Shown here: one piece after another, positions 1-8,982 of the stretch
Numbering within the stretch: the first letter of the stretch is position 1
How the letters are laid out: each line of letters opens with the position of its first letter
NCBI RefSeq assembly: GCF_001757995.1
Contig: NZ_LXLV01000052.1
Location: 26,424-50,423, forward strand
Direction: 5' to 3'
Length of the DNA: 24,000 nt
From: Bacillus mycoides
Lineage (GTDB): Bacteria; Bacillota; Bacilli; Bacillales; Bacillaceae_G
Made by a program: the position numbers and the translations under genes
Notes under the pieces: generated by a model
Database searches by the model: none
Seen by the model: the letters and a program-made list of their open reading frames with translations, nothing else
Told to the model about the DNA's origin: nothing

Positions 1-182
1 CATACTCTAAAAAATAAAACGTTCAAATTGCACACTTACTAACATATCTTTCCATAAAAAAGTTGAATTCATACAGAAAGAACAACAAATTCTTGCTGGT
101 TCAGCAAAAGTATTCAACTATAAGGATATCATTTATGAATAGGAATGAACATATTTTAAATGAGATAATTGGATTAATTAAT

Positions 183-293
183 TTAAAATCCTTCTTTAGA
201 TTTTCGAAAGACCTCTATGTTCCATAATGATTCTTTCATATAGGCAGCAGGCATGCCACCTTTCAATCTGTAAGTAAATACTAAAATGGCACC
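183..293 (-). pseudogene. possible C-terminal remnant of an unidentified coding sequence (GAILVFTYRLKGGMPAAYMKESLWNIEVFRKSKEGF*)
   Basis: protein-like short open frame without a start codon; in-frame stop just upstream; family not recognised. Confidence 0.2.
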
Positions 294-352
294 TCATACC
301 CTAATGCGTTTCCGTACGTTTTTAGGATGAGAGATACATCCTTCTATGTAAA

Positions 353-1405
353 TTAAAGAGACTTATGTAGTAATTCCAGTACCTCTTTCATCGCAAAAGG
401 ACCATCTTTTTTTACATGCTCCGCGAATTCAGAAACGAGACGTAATGTTTTCACACTTTCGATTGGATGCTCCCCTGATGCACTTTCAGCAGAAAGCATA
501 ACAGCATTCGTTCCGTCCAATACAGCCTGAAATACATCCGTCACCTCAGCTCTTGTAGGAATAGAATGATCTACCATAGATTGAAGCATTTGTGTTGCTG
601 TAATTACATATGTATTTGTTCGATTGCACTCACGAATCATCATTTTTTGTAACAGTGGAATAAATTGATACGGCAATTCCACACCTAAATCTCCCCTTGC
701 AATCATAATTCCATCCGCTTCTTTACATATATCTTGAAAATTCTCGATTGCTTCCAGCGTTTCTATTTTTGCAATTAAACTTGGGGCAGTTTCTTTATGC
801 TCTTGTATAAAATCCCGTATTTCTTTTATATGACAAGGTTTTCGCACGAAGGAACACGCAATAAAATCAACATTCTCTTCTAAAAGAAACTGAATATCTT
901 TTTTATCTTTCTCTGTAATAGCTGGTAAGCTAACAGTCGCACCAGGTAAATTCACCCCTTTATGAGAGGCAATATTTCCACCGGTTTTTATTCTCGTTTC
1001 TATTTTGTCCGTACTTACCTTTTCAACGATTAACTCAACTTCTCCATCATTAATAAGAATTCTACTTCCAACTTTCACGTCATTCGCAATCCCTACATAA
1101 TCAACACTTGCTTCTTCTTTATTCCCTTGAACTGGATTGGTATGTAAAATAAATAACTCCCCTGCTTCAAGTGTAATTTGTTCCTCTTTCATTTCACCCA
1201 ATCTTATTTTAGGACCTTGTACATCCCCTAAAATTTTAATAGAATCGTCTAACGATTTCACTAAACGAATGATCTCTTTATGACTTTCATGCGTGCCATG
1301 TGATAAATTCAACCGAACAATTTTCATACCATTGTTTATTAACTGCGCTAATGTTTCTTTATTATTACTTGCTGGCCCAATTGTACAAACTCGATCAATT
1401 GTCAT
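353..1405 (-). CDS. pyruvate kinase family protein lacking the usual C-terminal domain
   Basis: 350 aa; TIGPASNNKETL, MKIVRLNLSHG, GDVQGPKIR, IAKIET, IMIARGDLGVELP, ATQMLQSM and DGTNAVMLSAESASGEHP motifs; ends shortly after the barrel domain. Confidence 0.93.
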   Translation of the reverse strand: MTIDRVCTIGPASNNKETLAQLINNGMKIVRLNLSHGTHESHKEIIRLVKSLDDSIKILGDVQGPKIRLGEMKEEQITLEAGELFILHTNPVQGNKEEASVDYVGIANDVKVGSRILINDGEVELIVEKVSTDKIETRIKTGGNIASHKGVNLPGATVSLPAITEKDKKDIQFLLEENVDFIACSFVRKPCHIKEIRDFIQEHKETAPSLIAKIETLEAIENFQDICKEADGIMIARGDLGVELPYQFIPLLQKMMIRECNRTNTYVITATQMLQSMVDHSIPTRAEVTDVFQAVLDGTNAVMLSAESASGEHPIESVKTLRLVSEFAEHVKKDGPFAMKEVLELLHKSL

Positions 1406-1658
1406 TTTCCCACCATCCTTTTTTAAATGTTTCCCCTAAAATAAAGAGAAGATTCTTTTTATAAGAAAGACCGTACAACTAAGGGTGCAAAGAAGTTTTA
1501 TATGAGGAGAATGTTTTGCTGAAGAAGTAGCTTAAATTTAACTTGTTGACTCCATAGTTATTGTTAGTTTCGTTGCAATAGGGTACTACTAATAATAAAT
1601 CTTGTTTACATACGAACGTTAGATTGAGATATCGAAAACAACCTATGGAGGAACCACA

Positions 1659-3332
1659 ATGACTAATCTTCGTAAAAAGATAATGGGACTAACATTAGCA
1701 GGAACGATAGCACTATGGTCATTAGCAACAGGAAGCATAATGAACGATAACAAGGTAAAAGCTGAGGTGAAAAAAGTAGGAAAGCAACCCAAAAATGTAA
1801 TTTTCATGGTTATAGATGGGACAAGCTCTTCTGCTACAACATTAGCCCGGTGGTACAAGGGTTCACCTCTTGCACTAGATCAAATTGTATCCGGAGGTGT
1901 TCGTACATATTCGGCAGAATCAGCTATTACGGATTCTGCACCGGCAGCCACAGCTTTAGCGACAGGAAACAAATCAAATTCAGGCTACGTGGGCGTATTA
2001 CCTTCTGTTGTGAATTCACCTGGCTTAGAACTCATTAAAGAAAAATGCAAGTTTCATCCAGTTGCAAACGTCTTAGAAGGCGCAGAACATTCCGGCCGCG
2101 CGACAGGAATCATTGCTACATCAGAAATTCAGCATGCTACTCCGGCTAGTTTTTCTGCCCACCATGCTAACCGTAAGAATTTTGAAGTAATTGGTGAACA
2201 GCAAGTTTATCAAAATATAGAAGTTGTATTAGGTGGTGGCAAGGCAGCACTTCAGCCTACGACAAGCAATGGAATTCGTAAAGACAACGAAGATTTAGTA
2301 AAAGTAATTCAAGGAAAAGGATACGACTTTGTCGAAACAAAAGATGCCTTATTAAACTCCAAATCAAATAAAATCTGGGGTTCTTTCTCTAATACTGCCC
2401 TTGCGTTCGATATGGATCGTGAGGCAAATCATCCTAAGCAGCCAACTCTTTCCCAGATGACGAGAAAAGCAATTCAAACATTATCAAAAGATAAAGATGG
2501 TTTCTTCTTATTCGTAGAAGGCAGTAAGGCAGATTGGGCAGCACATGCAAATGACCCAATCGGGATGATTAGCGATGTATTGGCGTTTGATGATGCGGTT
2601 ACAGAAGCATTAGAATTTGCGAAGAAAGATGGTAACACTATGGTCATTGCTTTAGCGGATCATGGGAATAGCGGTATTTCCATTGGTAACAGCAATACCA
2701 CAAAAGGCTATGATACTACACCAGTATCAGCTTACATAGACCCACTGAAAAAGGCAAAAATGACACTTGAAGGTGCTACAAATAAACTAAAAGATGATTT
2801 ATCTAATCTAAAAGAAGTCGCTGTACTTTACGGTTTAGACAACCTAACTGATGATGAAAGAAAAAAATTAAAAGATGCACAAAAGAAAACTGATGTAGGT
2901 CCAATCCTTACTAAATTATTGGCCAACCGGGCGAACATCGGTTTTACAACTGGTGGTCATACGGGTGAAGATGTATTCTTATACTCTTACGGTCCTCAAA
3001 AGCCATACGGTTTAGTCCAAAATACAGACATTGCGAAAATAATGGCCAAAGCAATGGGTTTTCAATTAGGAGAAATAACTAAGAAATTATTCTTAGATGC
3101 TGAAACAGCCTTTAAACAAATTGGTGCAACTGTAGCAATTGACAAAAAGGATGCACGAAACCCGGTGCTTGTAGTAAAACGCGATAATACATCGGCAAAA
3201 TTGTCTGTTAATAAAAATATTATCTGTATCGGTGGAGAAGATCATGAATTAGGAAGCATCGTTGTAGAAAGCAACGGGAAATTCTATGTACCCGAAAAAG
3301 CAATTCAACTATTCACTAAGTATTCTCGCTAA
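1659..3332 (+). CDS. secreted alkaline phosphatase
   Basis: 557 aa; signal peptide; VIFMVIDGTSSS, TDSAPAATALATGNKS, HGNSG and TGGHTGED metal-binding/active-site motifs; RBS tggagg at about 1643. Confidence 0.93.
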   Translation: MTNLRKKIMGLTLAGTIALWSLATGSIMNDNKVKAEVKKVGKQPKNVIFMVIDGTSSSATTLARWYKGSPLALDQIVSGGVRTYSAESAITDSAPAATALATGNKSNSGYVGVLPSVVNSPGLELIKEKCKFHPVANVLEGAEHSGRATGIIATSEIQHATPASFSAHHANRKNFEVIGEQQVYQNIEVVLGGGKAALQPTTSNGIRKDNEDLVKVIQGKGYDFVETKDALLNSKSNKIWGSFSNTALAFDMDREANHPKQPTLSQMTRKAIQTLSKDKDGFFLFVEGSKADWAAHANDPIGMISDVLAFDDAVTEALEFAKKDGNTMVIALADHGNSGISIGNSNTTKGYDTTPVSAYIDPLKKAKMTLEGATNKLKDDLSNLKEVAVLYGLDNLTDDERKKLKDAQKKTDVGPILTKLLANRANIGFTTGGHTGEDVFLYSYGPQKPYGLVQNTDIAKIMAKAMGFQLGEITKKLFLDAETAFKQIGATVAIDKKDARNPVLVVKRDNTSAKLSVNKNIICIGGEDHELGSIVVESNGKFYVPEKAIQLFTKYSR

Positions 3333-3470
3333 AATAAAAAGAATCCAAAGGACCTGCTACATGCTCGTTCGCTGTACAAACCCAATATCTTTAGCGATAT
3401 GGGACAAAAGACATTGAATTTCCTGTGCAAATAATTGTAACTCGTCATATTTAAAAACAGACATAAAAAA

Positions 3471-3500
3471 ACGTCATCCTTTCTATAGAAAGGATGACGT
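3471..3500. terminator. bidirectional Rho-independent terminator between convergent genes
   Basis: perfect stem ACGTCATCCTTT-CTATAG-AAAGGATGACGT flanked by A-run and T-run. Confidence 0.9.
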
Positions 3501-3568
3501 TTTTTTCGTTATCTGGGTACAAATTTATCTTATTGAATCCATTCAACAATAGTATCCATAGTTTGAAA

Positions 3569-4255
3569 CTATGAAAGCTTCGTCAATAATTGATTTAAAT
3601 CTTTTTTCGTTTTCGTCGTTAATGACTTCATTTTATTAATATCGATCTTTTCTTTCTCCGCTCTTATAATTAATGGATACAAACTTTGTTCAATTGTTTT
3701 GTATTCAGTTGGATGTGATGCTTCTATATCTTTTTCAATTACATCCCACTTCTCATTAATTTGTTTTCCAAGTTTATTAACCGTTTCTAATTTAGGATTT
3801 GCAGCTAATTGCTTGTCTAAGCTTTCAATTAATGTAACGACTTCTTTTACATTTGCTTTCACAGCTACGCTTTTCTTCGGATCTTTCGTTGTCTTTCCGT
3901 TATTGTTTGTACTTGTGCTTTGATCTGTTGTTTTCCCGCTAGTAGTTTGATCATTCGTTTTTCCTGTCGTTTCTTTTTCTTTTGTTGTTTTACCGTTACT
4001 TTCTGTTCCTGATGATTCTTTCGTATTTTTTGCATCCTTATCTGTTTTTTCATTCGAAGAAGTATTTGTGTCTTTTTCAGTATCTTTCGTTGTTTTTGAC
4101 GCTTCATCTGCACTTGTCGTTTTTGATTGCTCTTCATTTTGTGCAGTTGCTGGATCCTTCTTCGCTTCATCTTTATCTGTGAAGGTACTACAAGCTGCCA
4201 TTGAAAGCATTGTACCAATTGCTACTGATGCGATAGCGACCTTTTTCATTTTCAT
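3569..4255 (-). CDS. putative lipoprotein with long Lys/Thr/Asn low-complexity linker
   Basis: 228 aa; signal peptide with lipobox-like LSMAAC; 80-100 aa low-complexity segment; charged C-terminal domain. Confidence 0.8.
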   Translation of the reverse strand: MKMKKVAIASVAIGTMLSMAACSTFTDKDEAKKDPATAQNEEQSKTTSADEASKTTKDTEKDTNTSSNEKTDKDAKNTKESSGTESNGKTTKEKETTGKTNDQTTSGKTTDQSTSTNNNGKTTKDPKKSVAVKANVKEVVTLIESLDKQLAANPKLETVNKLGKQINEKWDVIEKDIEASHPTEYKTIEQSLYPLIIRAEKEKIDINKMKSLTTKTKKDLNQLLTKLS

Positions 4256-4445
4256 AAAAATCCCCCTATGTTTACAATTTTATCCTTCTCTTTACGATTC
4301 TATTTTCCCTTAAAAAACTCCTTTTCACACGAATCACCATCTTTCCGACAGTAATCTTCATAATAATACGTACAAAAACTGATAAATTCATTTTAATATT
4401 CGAGTTTCTTCTACCTTATTTTTCTCCTCTGTAGTAAAAGAAAAA

Positions 4446-4494
4446 GAGTATATTGTCACATAGAGAATTGTAATCTACATGTGGCAATATACTC
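4446..4494 (-). terminator. likely Rho-independent terminator downstream of SDR gene
   Basis: 16-bp inverted repeat GAGTATATTGTCACAT / ATGTGGCAATATACTC followed on the minus strand by TTTTTCTTTTAC. Confidence 0.7.
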
Positions 4495-4592
4495 TCCTAT
4501 CAATTTTTTATCTTTCTTGACATTTTATTTATACAAAAAAATAAAATTATCCCTAATTTTTTTGTTTCTCAACACTTGTTAACATAATAATT

Positions 4593-5351
4593 TTATGAAT
4601 AACCACCATTCGAATGAATTACTTGCCCAGTAACCCACTTCGCTTCTTCACTTACTAAAAAAGCTATTAATCGCGCAGCATCCACCGGATCTCCAACTCT
4701 TCCTTGCGGGAATTTCCATACTAAATGATGCTGTAATTCCTCAGTAATCCATCCTGTATTCGTTGGTCCTGGATCCACAGCATTGACTGTAATCCCCTTC
4801 TCCATAGCAACTGGTGCAACTGACTTTGTAAATGCCTCTATTGCTCCTTTCGTTGCTGCGTATGCAAGTTCATCCGGCATTGGTCCTAATGACTGCCCTG
4901 AAGTTAGATTTATAATACTTCCACTCGTTTTGAGTGAATAATGTTTTATAAATAACGAACTTAATAGCATAGTAGCACGCACATTAACCGTATAATGTTT
5001 ATCTAACTGTTCTACATCTAACTCTTCAATTTTCGTATGAGTAGAATAAGCGGCATTATTAATAAGAATAGATGGCTCGCCTAAACGTTCTGATACCATA
5101 TACAATACACGATTAGGCGAATAAGACTGCGATAAGTTGATTTCTGCCATTTCACATCGAACGCCATAACTTTCAATTTCCTTTTTCAATAAAAAAGGTT
5201 CTTGATCATTCATTCCCCACGGCATTGATTTATCATACCGAGGCCAGTACGTGAAAAAAACGTCTATCCCCTTTTGAGCAAGCACTTTGCATACAGCTGC
5301 ACCAATTCCATTCAGACGAGTTGCCCCTGTTACAATTGCTATTTTTCTCAC
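4593..5351 (-). CDS. SDR family oxidoreductase
   Basis: 252 aa; VTGATRLNGIGAAV cofactor motif, NNAA, YAATKGAIEAFTKS catalytic motif; GTG start with upstream ggggag. Confidence 0.9.
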   Translation of the reverse strand: MRKIAIVTGATRLNGIGAAVCKVLAQKGIDVFFTYWPRYDKSMPWGMNDQEPFLLKKEIESYGVRCEMAEINLSQSYSPNRVLYMVSERLGEPSILINNAAYSTHTKIEELDVEQLDKHYTVNVRATMLLSSLFIKHYSLKTSGSIINLTSGQSLGPMPDELAYAATKGAIEAFTKSVAPVAMEKGITVNAVDPGPTNTGWITEELQHHLVWKFPQGRVGDPVDAARLIAFLVSEEAKWVTGQVIHSNGGYS

Positions 5352-5371
5352 TTTTTCTCCCCCATCTATGC

Positions 5372-5403
5372 ATAGATCCCCTGCACGAATACAGAGGATC
5401 TAT
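5372..5403 (-). terminator. inverted repeat just downstream of the ABC permease gene, possible weak terminator
   Basis: ATAGATCCcCTG / CAGaGGATCTAT (12-nt arms, one mismatch); no clear U-tract. Confidence 0.35.
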
Positions 5404-5407
5404 CTTC

Positions 5408-7072
5408 TTAATTAATATTTGACAATATACGCTCTGCACCTAATTTTAAAATTCTAATTAAAATTAAATTGGCAATGGTAAACAGTATAAATAAAATAAT
5501 AAACATAACCCACAGTCCAACATGAAGGACAAAGTATAATAAACTTACTCCCGCTACAATAATTAAAGCTATTAAAATATTAGCTAAAAAATTCCACAAA
5601 GTTGTATATCGACTTTTAAATAATTTCTGCTCTGTATCCCAATGTATATCTGCAGTTTGTGCATCCCAGCGTGTTCCGATTAAATTGATTAACAATAATC
5701 CGTTCGCACTTAGTAAAAACCAAAGTACCATAAATATTGGAGAAACCCCTGCTACAAATGCCATCGTAATACCGAATACAGCTAAAATTGATATATTAAT
5801 TAACCAAGCTGTTAATGTTTTTGCGAAAAAGATATCGGAAGCCTTTACTGGTAAGTAACGATTCACAAACCAAGAGCTTCCATCTCGAGAAAATGATGTT
5901 GTTGCAATTACGTTATTTCCCATTAAAAATAACGATGCACAAAGGCCAGCACCAATTGCAAAACCCGCTGTCTCTGGATTGTTTACATATTCCGTAATAA
6001 ACTTTAAATTTCCATCTTGTACAAATAAAATAAAGAACAGCATAATCGGCATTACAAAAGTTTGCACAATGCAATTTAAGAAAAATTGCGGTGTACGGAA
6101 TAACGTTTTAAATTCTTTTTTCACATATGCTTTTAAATGAGAACTTTGTACCGTTGATTTCTGTAAACCTTCTGCTGAAATTACCTCTTTCTTTGCTGTA
6201 CTCGTTGAAAGTCCAATAACCCCTTTCAAATATGTACGCTCTGCAATGTAGTAAAACAGCCCGAAAAATGCGATAGAAATAAGAATGTATATTAGTACGT
6301 ATAATATTCCCTTCCACGATGCATTTTCTACTAATCCCATTGCACCAAAATATGTAGTCGGAAAATAATTTGTCATTTGTATGAAAAGGGAGGATTGATT
6401 ATTTGCAAGATAATTCGCAACTGAATCTCCAGCTCCAGATACTGCACTTTTATTTCTCCATTGCATAAATACATTGATTCCGACGATAAATAGTATACTT
6501 ACGATTCCAATAAATATACTTCCTCGATCTTTATTTTTCGCTATATTCGTATACCTCATAATAATTGTCATAATTAACGAAGCTAGCACTAACGGAACGA
6601 TCGGGAAAAATATGTAAATGACAACCATATAAATGTAATATGTAATGAAAGCACCACTCTTTAAACCGTAAGTAATAAAGATAGGCCATAAAATAAACGA
6701 GCTCATTACGTATTGTGTAATTAACACTGTAAAGAACTTTGCCGAAATAATTTGCGCTGGTTTTAACGGTAACGGTAGTAACATTTCAACATCATTACTA
6801 TAGTAAAACACTGTTAAAATGTTCATAATACTCATCAAAAATACCCATATACTAGCAATAGCTAATCCCATTGCAATAATAATCCCTGGATCCTGTCCGA
6901 GATGTATCATTCCTTCATACATTCCGTGGGTCATCGAACCAAATATTAAAAAACCTACAAATAATATTGCTGCAAATGAAAATAAATAAGCCCATCGTTT
7001 CTTTTTATCAGTTATAAAATCTGCATAATTTAATTTCAATAATACTTTCGTTAACGTCCAAATTTTACTCAT
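5408..7072 (-). CDS. ABC transporter permease (large multi-spanning membrane protein)
   Basis: 554 aa, many TM segments; overlaps the adjacent ATPase gene by 8 nt. Confidence 0.85.
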   Translation of the reverse strand: MSKIWTLTKVLLKLNYADFITDKKKRWAYLFSFAAILFVGFLIFGSMTHGMYEGMIHLGQDPGIIIAMGLAIASIWVFLMSIMNILTVFYYSNDVEMLLPLPLKPAQIISAKFFTVLITQYVMSSFILWPIFITYGLKSGAFITYYIYMVVIYIFFPIVPLVLASLIMTIIMRYTNIAKNKDRGSIFIGIVSILFIVGINVFMQWRNKSAVSGAGDSVANYLANNQSSLFIQMTNYFPTTYFGAMGLVENASWKGILYVLIYILISIAFFGLFYYIAERTYLKGVIGLSTSTAKKEVISAEGLQKSTVQSSHLKAYVKKEFKTLFRTPQFFLNCIVQTFVMPIMLFFILFVQDGNLKFITEYVNNPETAGFAIGAGLCASLFLMGNNVIATTSFSRDGSSWFVNRYLPVKASDIFFAKTLTAWLINISILAVFGITMAFVAGVSPIFMVLWFLLSANGLLLINLIGTRWDAQTADIHWDTEQKLFKSRYTTLWNFLANILIALIIVAGVSLLYFVLHVGLWVMFIILFILFTIANLILIRILKLGAERILSNIN

Positions 7073-7799
7073 TACCCGTCATCTCCAAGAACATTTTTTC
7101 AAGTGATTCATTGGATTTAAAATGATCTCTCATTTCATTTAAATTTCCTTTAAACTGCAAATTCCCCTTATTAATAATAGCGACGCGATCACATATTTTT
7201 TCCGCCACTTCTAATACGTGTGTAGAGAAAAATACAATCTTCCCTTTATCTGCATGTTCTCTCATCATTTCTTTTAAAATATATGCAGATTTCGGATCCA
7301 GCCCTGTTAATGGTTCATCTAAAATCCACACATCTGGTTCATGTATAAGCACTCCAATAATAACGATTTTTTGTCTCATACCGTGTGAATAACTTTGAAT
7401 TTGATCCGATAAAGCATTATAAAGATCAAACTTCTTCGCTAAAGACTCTATTCGTTCTTGTCTTACTTCCTTTGGTACTTCATACATATCAGCCATAAAG
7501 TTTAAATATTCAATCCCTTTTAATCGTAAAAACATATCCGGACTATCTGGAACATAGCCAAATGTTTTCTTCGCTTCCATCGGATTTTTCATAATATCTT
7601 TACCATTGATTGTAATGGTCCCTTTGTCCACCCCATGAATACCAGTAATCATCTTAATTGTCGTGGATTTACCGGCACCATTCGGTCCTAAAAATCCAAA
7701 GATTTCTCCACTAGGTACTGTTAAACTTAAATCTTTTACTGCATATGAAGATCCATTATAACTTTTTGACACATTCGTAATTTCAATCATTCCATCCAA
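7065..7799 (-). CDS. ABC transporter ATP-binding protein
   Basis: 244 aa; Walker A GPNGAGKST, signature YSHGMRQK, Walker B VWILDEPLTGLDP; start may be the internal Met at 7790. Confidence 0.95.
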   Translation of the reverse strand: MDGMIEITNVSKSYNGSSYAVKDLSLTVPSGEIFGFLGPNGAGKSTTIKMITGIHGVDKGTITINGKDIMKNPMEAKKTFGYVPDSPDMFLRLKGIEYLNFMADMYEVPKEVRQERIESLAKKFDLYNALSDQIQSYSHGMRQKIVIIGVLIHEPDVWILDEPLTGLDPKSAYILKEMMREHADKGKIVFFSTHVLEVAEKICDRVAIINKGNLQFKGNLNEMRDHFKSNESLEKMFLEMTGNE

Positions 7800-7892
7800 T
7801 CCTTTCCTTAATTACCAATTAACTATATTAATATTATAGCATACTTATATTTTTAGATTTTTATTATTTTTCAGTTTTATTAAGTTGCAGTT

Positions 7893-8087
7893 TTACCCTT
7901 TAAAATAAATATAAGTACCAAGTCCAACTATTAAAACGATAGCTAATATAATATAAATCATCGTAAGCCGTTTAATGTTCCCTTTTGTCGCTTTACTATA
8001 ATTCGCATCACCATTCCGCCCAATTAACACCGTCGCAATTACAGTAACCACTACAAGTAATACAACAATCATTATCCAAGTTAACAT
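7893..8087 (-). CDS. small two-TM membrane protein (resembles short proteins labelled BshB3-like in databases; label recalled, not verified)
   Basis: MLTWIMIVVLLVVVTVIATVLIGRNGDANYSKATKGNIKRLTMIYIIL...; RBS ggagga immediately upstream favours the start at 8087 over the track start at 8105. Confidence 0.65.
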   Translation of the reverse strand: MLTWIMIVVLLVVVTVIATVLIGRNGDANYSKATKGNIKRLTMIYIILAIVLIVGLGTYIYFKG

Positions 8088-8211
8088 TTTTTCCTCCCCC
8101 TCCATACAACCATTTTACAATATTATCCTCTTTATTTCGCAGCATATTTCTCCTTTTTTACTATTATTATGAAGCAAGCTGGAAAACTATTATTACCATT
8201 AACATCCATAT

Positions 8212-8250
8212 GTGATATATTTATAACATAACGTGATATATTTCTAACAT
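8212..8250 (+). promoter_or_regulatory. direct repeat in promoter/5' region of the DUF3796-like/Xre pair
   Basis: GTGATATATTTATAACAT and GTGATATATTTCTAACAT, 1 mismatch, 21-bp period. Confidence 0.5.
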
Positions 8251-8267
8251 TATAAGGAGGACCTATC

Positions 8268-8627
8268 ATGAAAACAACTTGGATAAAATATTTAGGATTT
8301 CTCGGTTTCTTCGGTTTCCTCGGATTTTTTTATGAAAAAGGATTGTTTACTATGTTCTGTTTCTTCTCCTTTTTCACAACGTATAGAAATGTGCATCATG
8401 ATGAACTCTTTGAACAAATCGTAAATAAATCGTGCCGCAATGCATTTATCATTACGTTACTAACTACCGCTATTATTATGTTTATTGAAATGCTATTCCC
8501 AAATGGTGCGTTACAAGAAATTGATATCGCTCTTATTTTCGGCACACTCATTCTTACGTTCGGTTTCTCTATGTTTTTTTACGATAAACCAGTTGATGAA
8601 ATGGAAGATGCACCATGGCGTTCGTAA
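8268..8627 (+). CDS. DUF3796-like membrane protein
   Basis: 119 aa; hydrophobic segments; RBS aaggagg; stop overlaps start of downstream Xre gene. Confidence 0.7.
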   Translation: MKTTWIKYLGFLGFFGFLGFFYEKGLFTMFCFFSFFTTYRNVHHDELFEQIVNKSCRNAFIITLLTTAIIMFIEMLFPNGALQEIDIALIFGTLILTFGFSMFFYDKPVDEMEDAPWRS

Positions 8628-8815
8628 CGAAAATAAAAGAATACCGCGCCAAATTGAATATGACACAAGAAGATTTAGCGAAGAGCGTTGGTGTACGCCG
8701 TGAAACAATTAGCCATCTCGAAAAAGGAAAATACAATCCTTCCTTACAACTTGCTCATGATATAGCGAAGGCACTTCATAGTACGATTGATGAGGTTTTT
8801 ATTTTTGAGGATTAA
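8615..8815 (+). CDS. Xre/Cro-type helix-turn-helix transcriptional regulator (YozG-like size)
   Basis: 66 aa; [43 protein letters not shown]_3 pattern; 13-nt overlap with upstream gene. Confidence 0.9.
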   Translation: MAFVTKIKEYRAKLNMTQEDLAKSVGVRRETISHLEKGKYNPSLQLAHDIAKALHSTIDEVFIFED

Positions 8816-8850
8816 TAAAGGGCAACAAGTCACCAGAATCACATAAAAAA

Positions 8851-8882
8851 TACCGGCATCCTTCCCATGAAGAATACCGGTA
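8851..8882 (+). terminator. hairpin downstream of Xre gene
   Basis: TACCGGCATCCTTC / GAAGAATACCGGTA, 14-bp stem with two mismatches. Confidence 0.55.
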
Positions 8883-8889
8883 CTTCTCA

Positions 8890-8982
8890 TTTATCCCGCT
8901 ATTTGTGGGAGCCCTGCTGCCCGTAAACACCCGATTGGTGAAGGCTAATAATCAGTGGTGGATGAACAAAACCCCCACTATC
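8890..8982. repeat. bcr-type B. cereus-group intergenic repeat, degenerate copy
   Basis: TTTATCCCGCTATTTGTGGG...CCCGATTGGTG...ATAATCAGTGGTGGATGAACAAAACCCCCACT, shared with the copy at 23779-23876. Confidence 0.75.

Noticed and set aside
1406-1658. Possible Pho box upstream of alkaline phosphatase (TTAAATTTAACTTG region)
   Set aside because: Only loose matches in AT-rich sequence; the required spaced TTAACA-like repeats are not convincing by eye
1643-1858. 71-aa minus-strand ORF opposite the 5' end of the phosphatase gene
   Set aside because: Antisense shadow of a well supported CDS, no RBS or family
1850-2038. 62-aa plus-strand ORF inside alkaline phosphatase
   Set aside because: Out-of-frame shadow ORF within a strongly supported gene
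3865-4218. 117-aa minus ORF rich in K/Q/M, plus opposite ORFs 3699-3923, 3982-4182 and 4068-4313
   Set aside because: All arise from the low-complexity linker DNA of the lipoprotein gene in other frames or strand
5233-5439. 68-aa minus ORF between the SDR and ABC genes
   Set aside because: Overlaps both neighbouring supported CDSs out of frame, no family features
5815-6317. ORFs 5815-5997 (+) and 6108-6317 (-) inside the ABC permease gene
   Set aside because: Shadow ORFs without RBS
8485-8708. ORFs 8485-8703 (+) and 8511-8708 (-)
   Set aside because: Overlap the DUF3796-like/Xre pair in wrong frames; the in-frame pair has clear motifs and RBS
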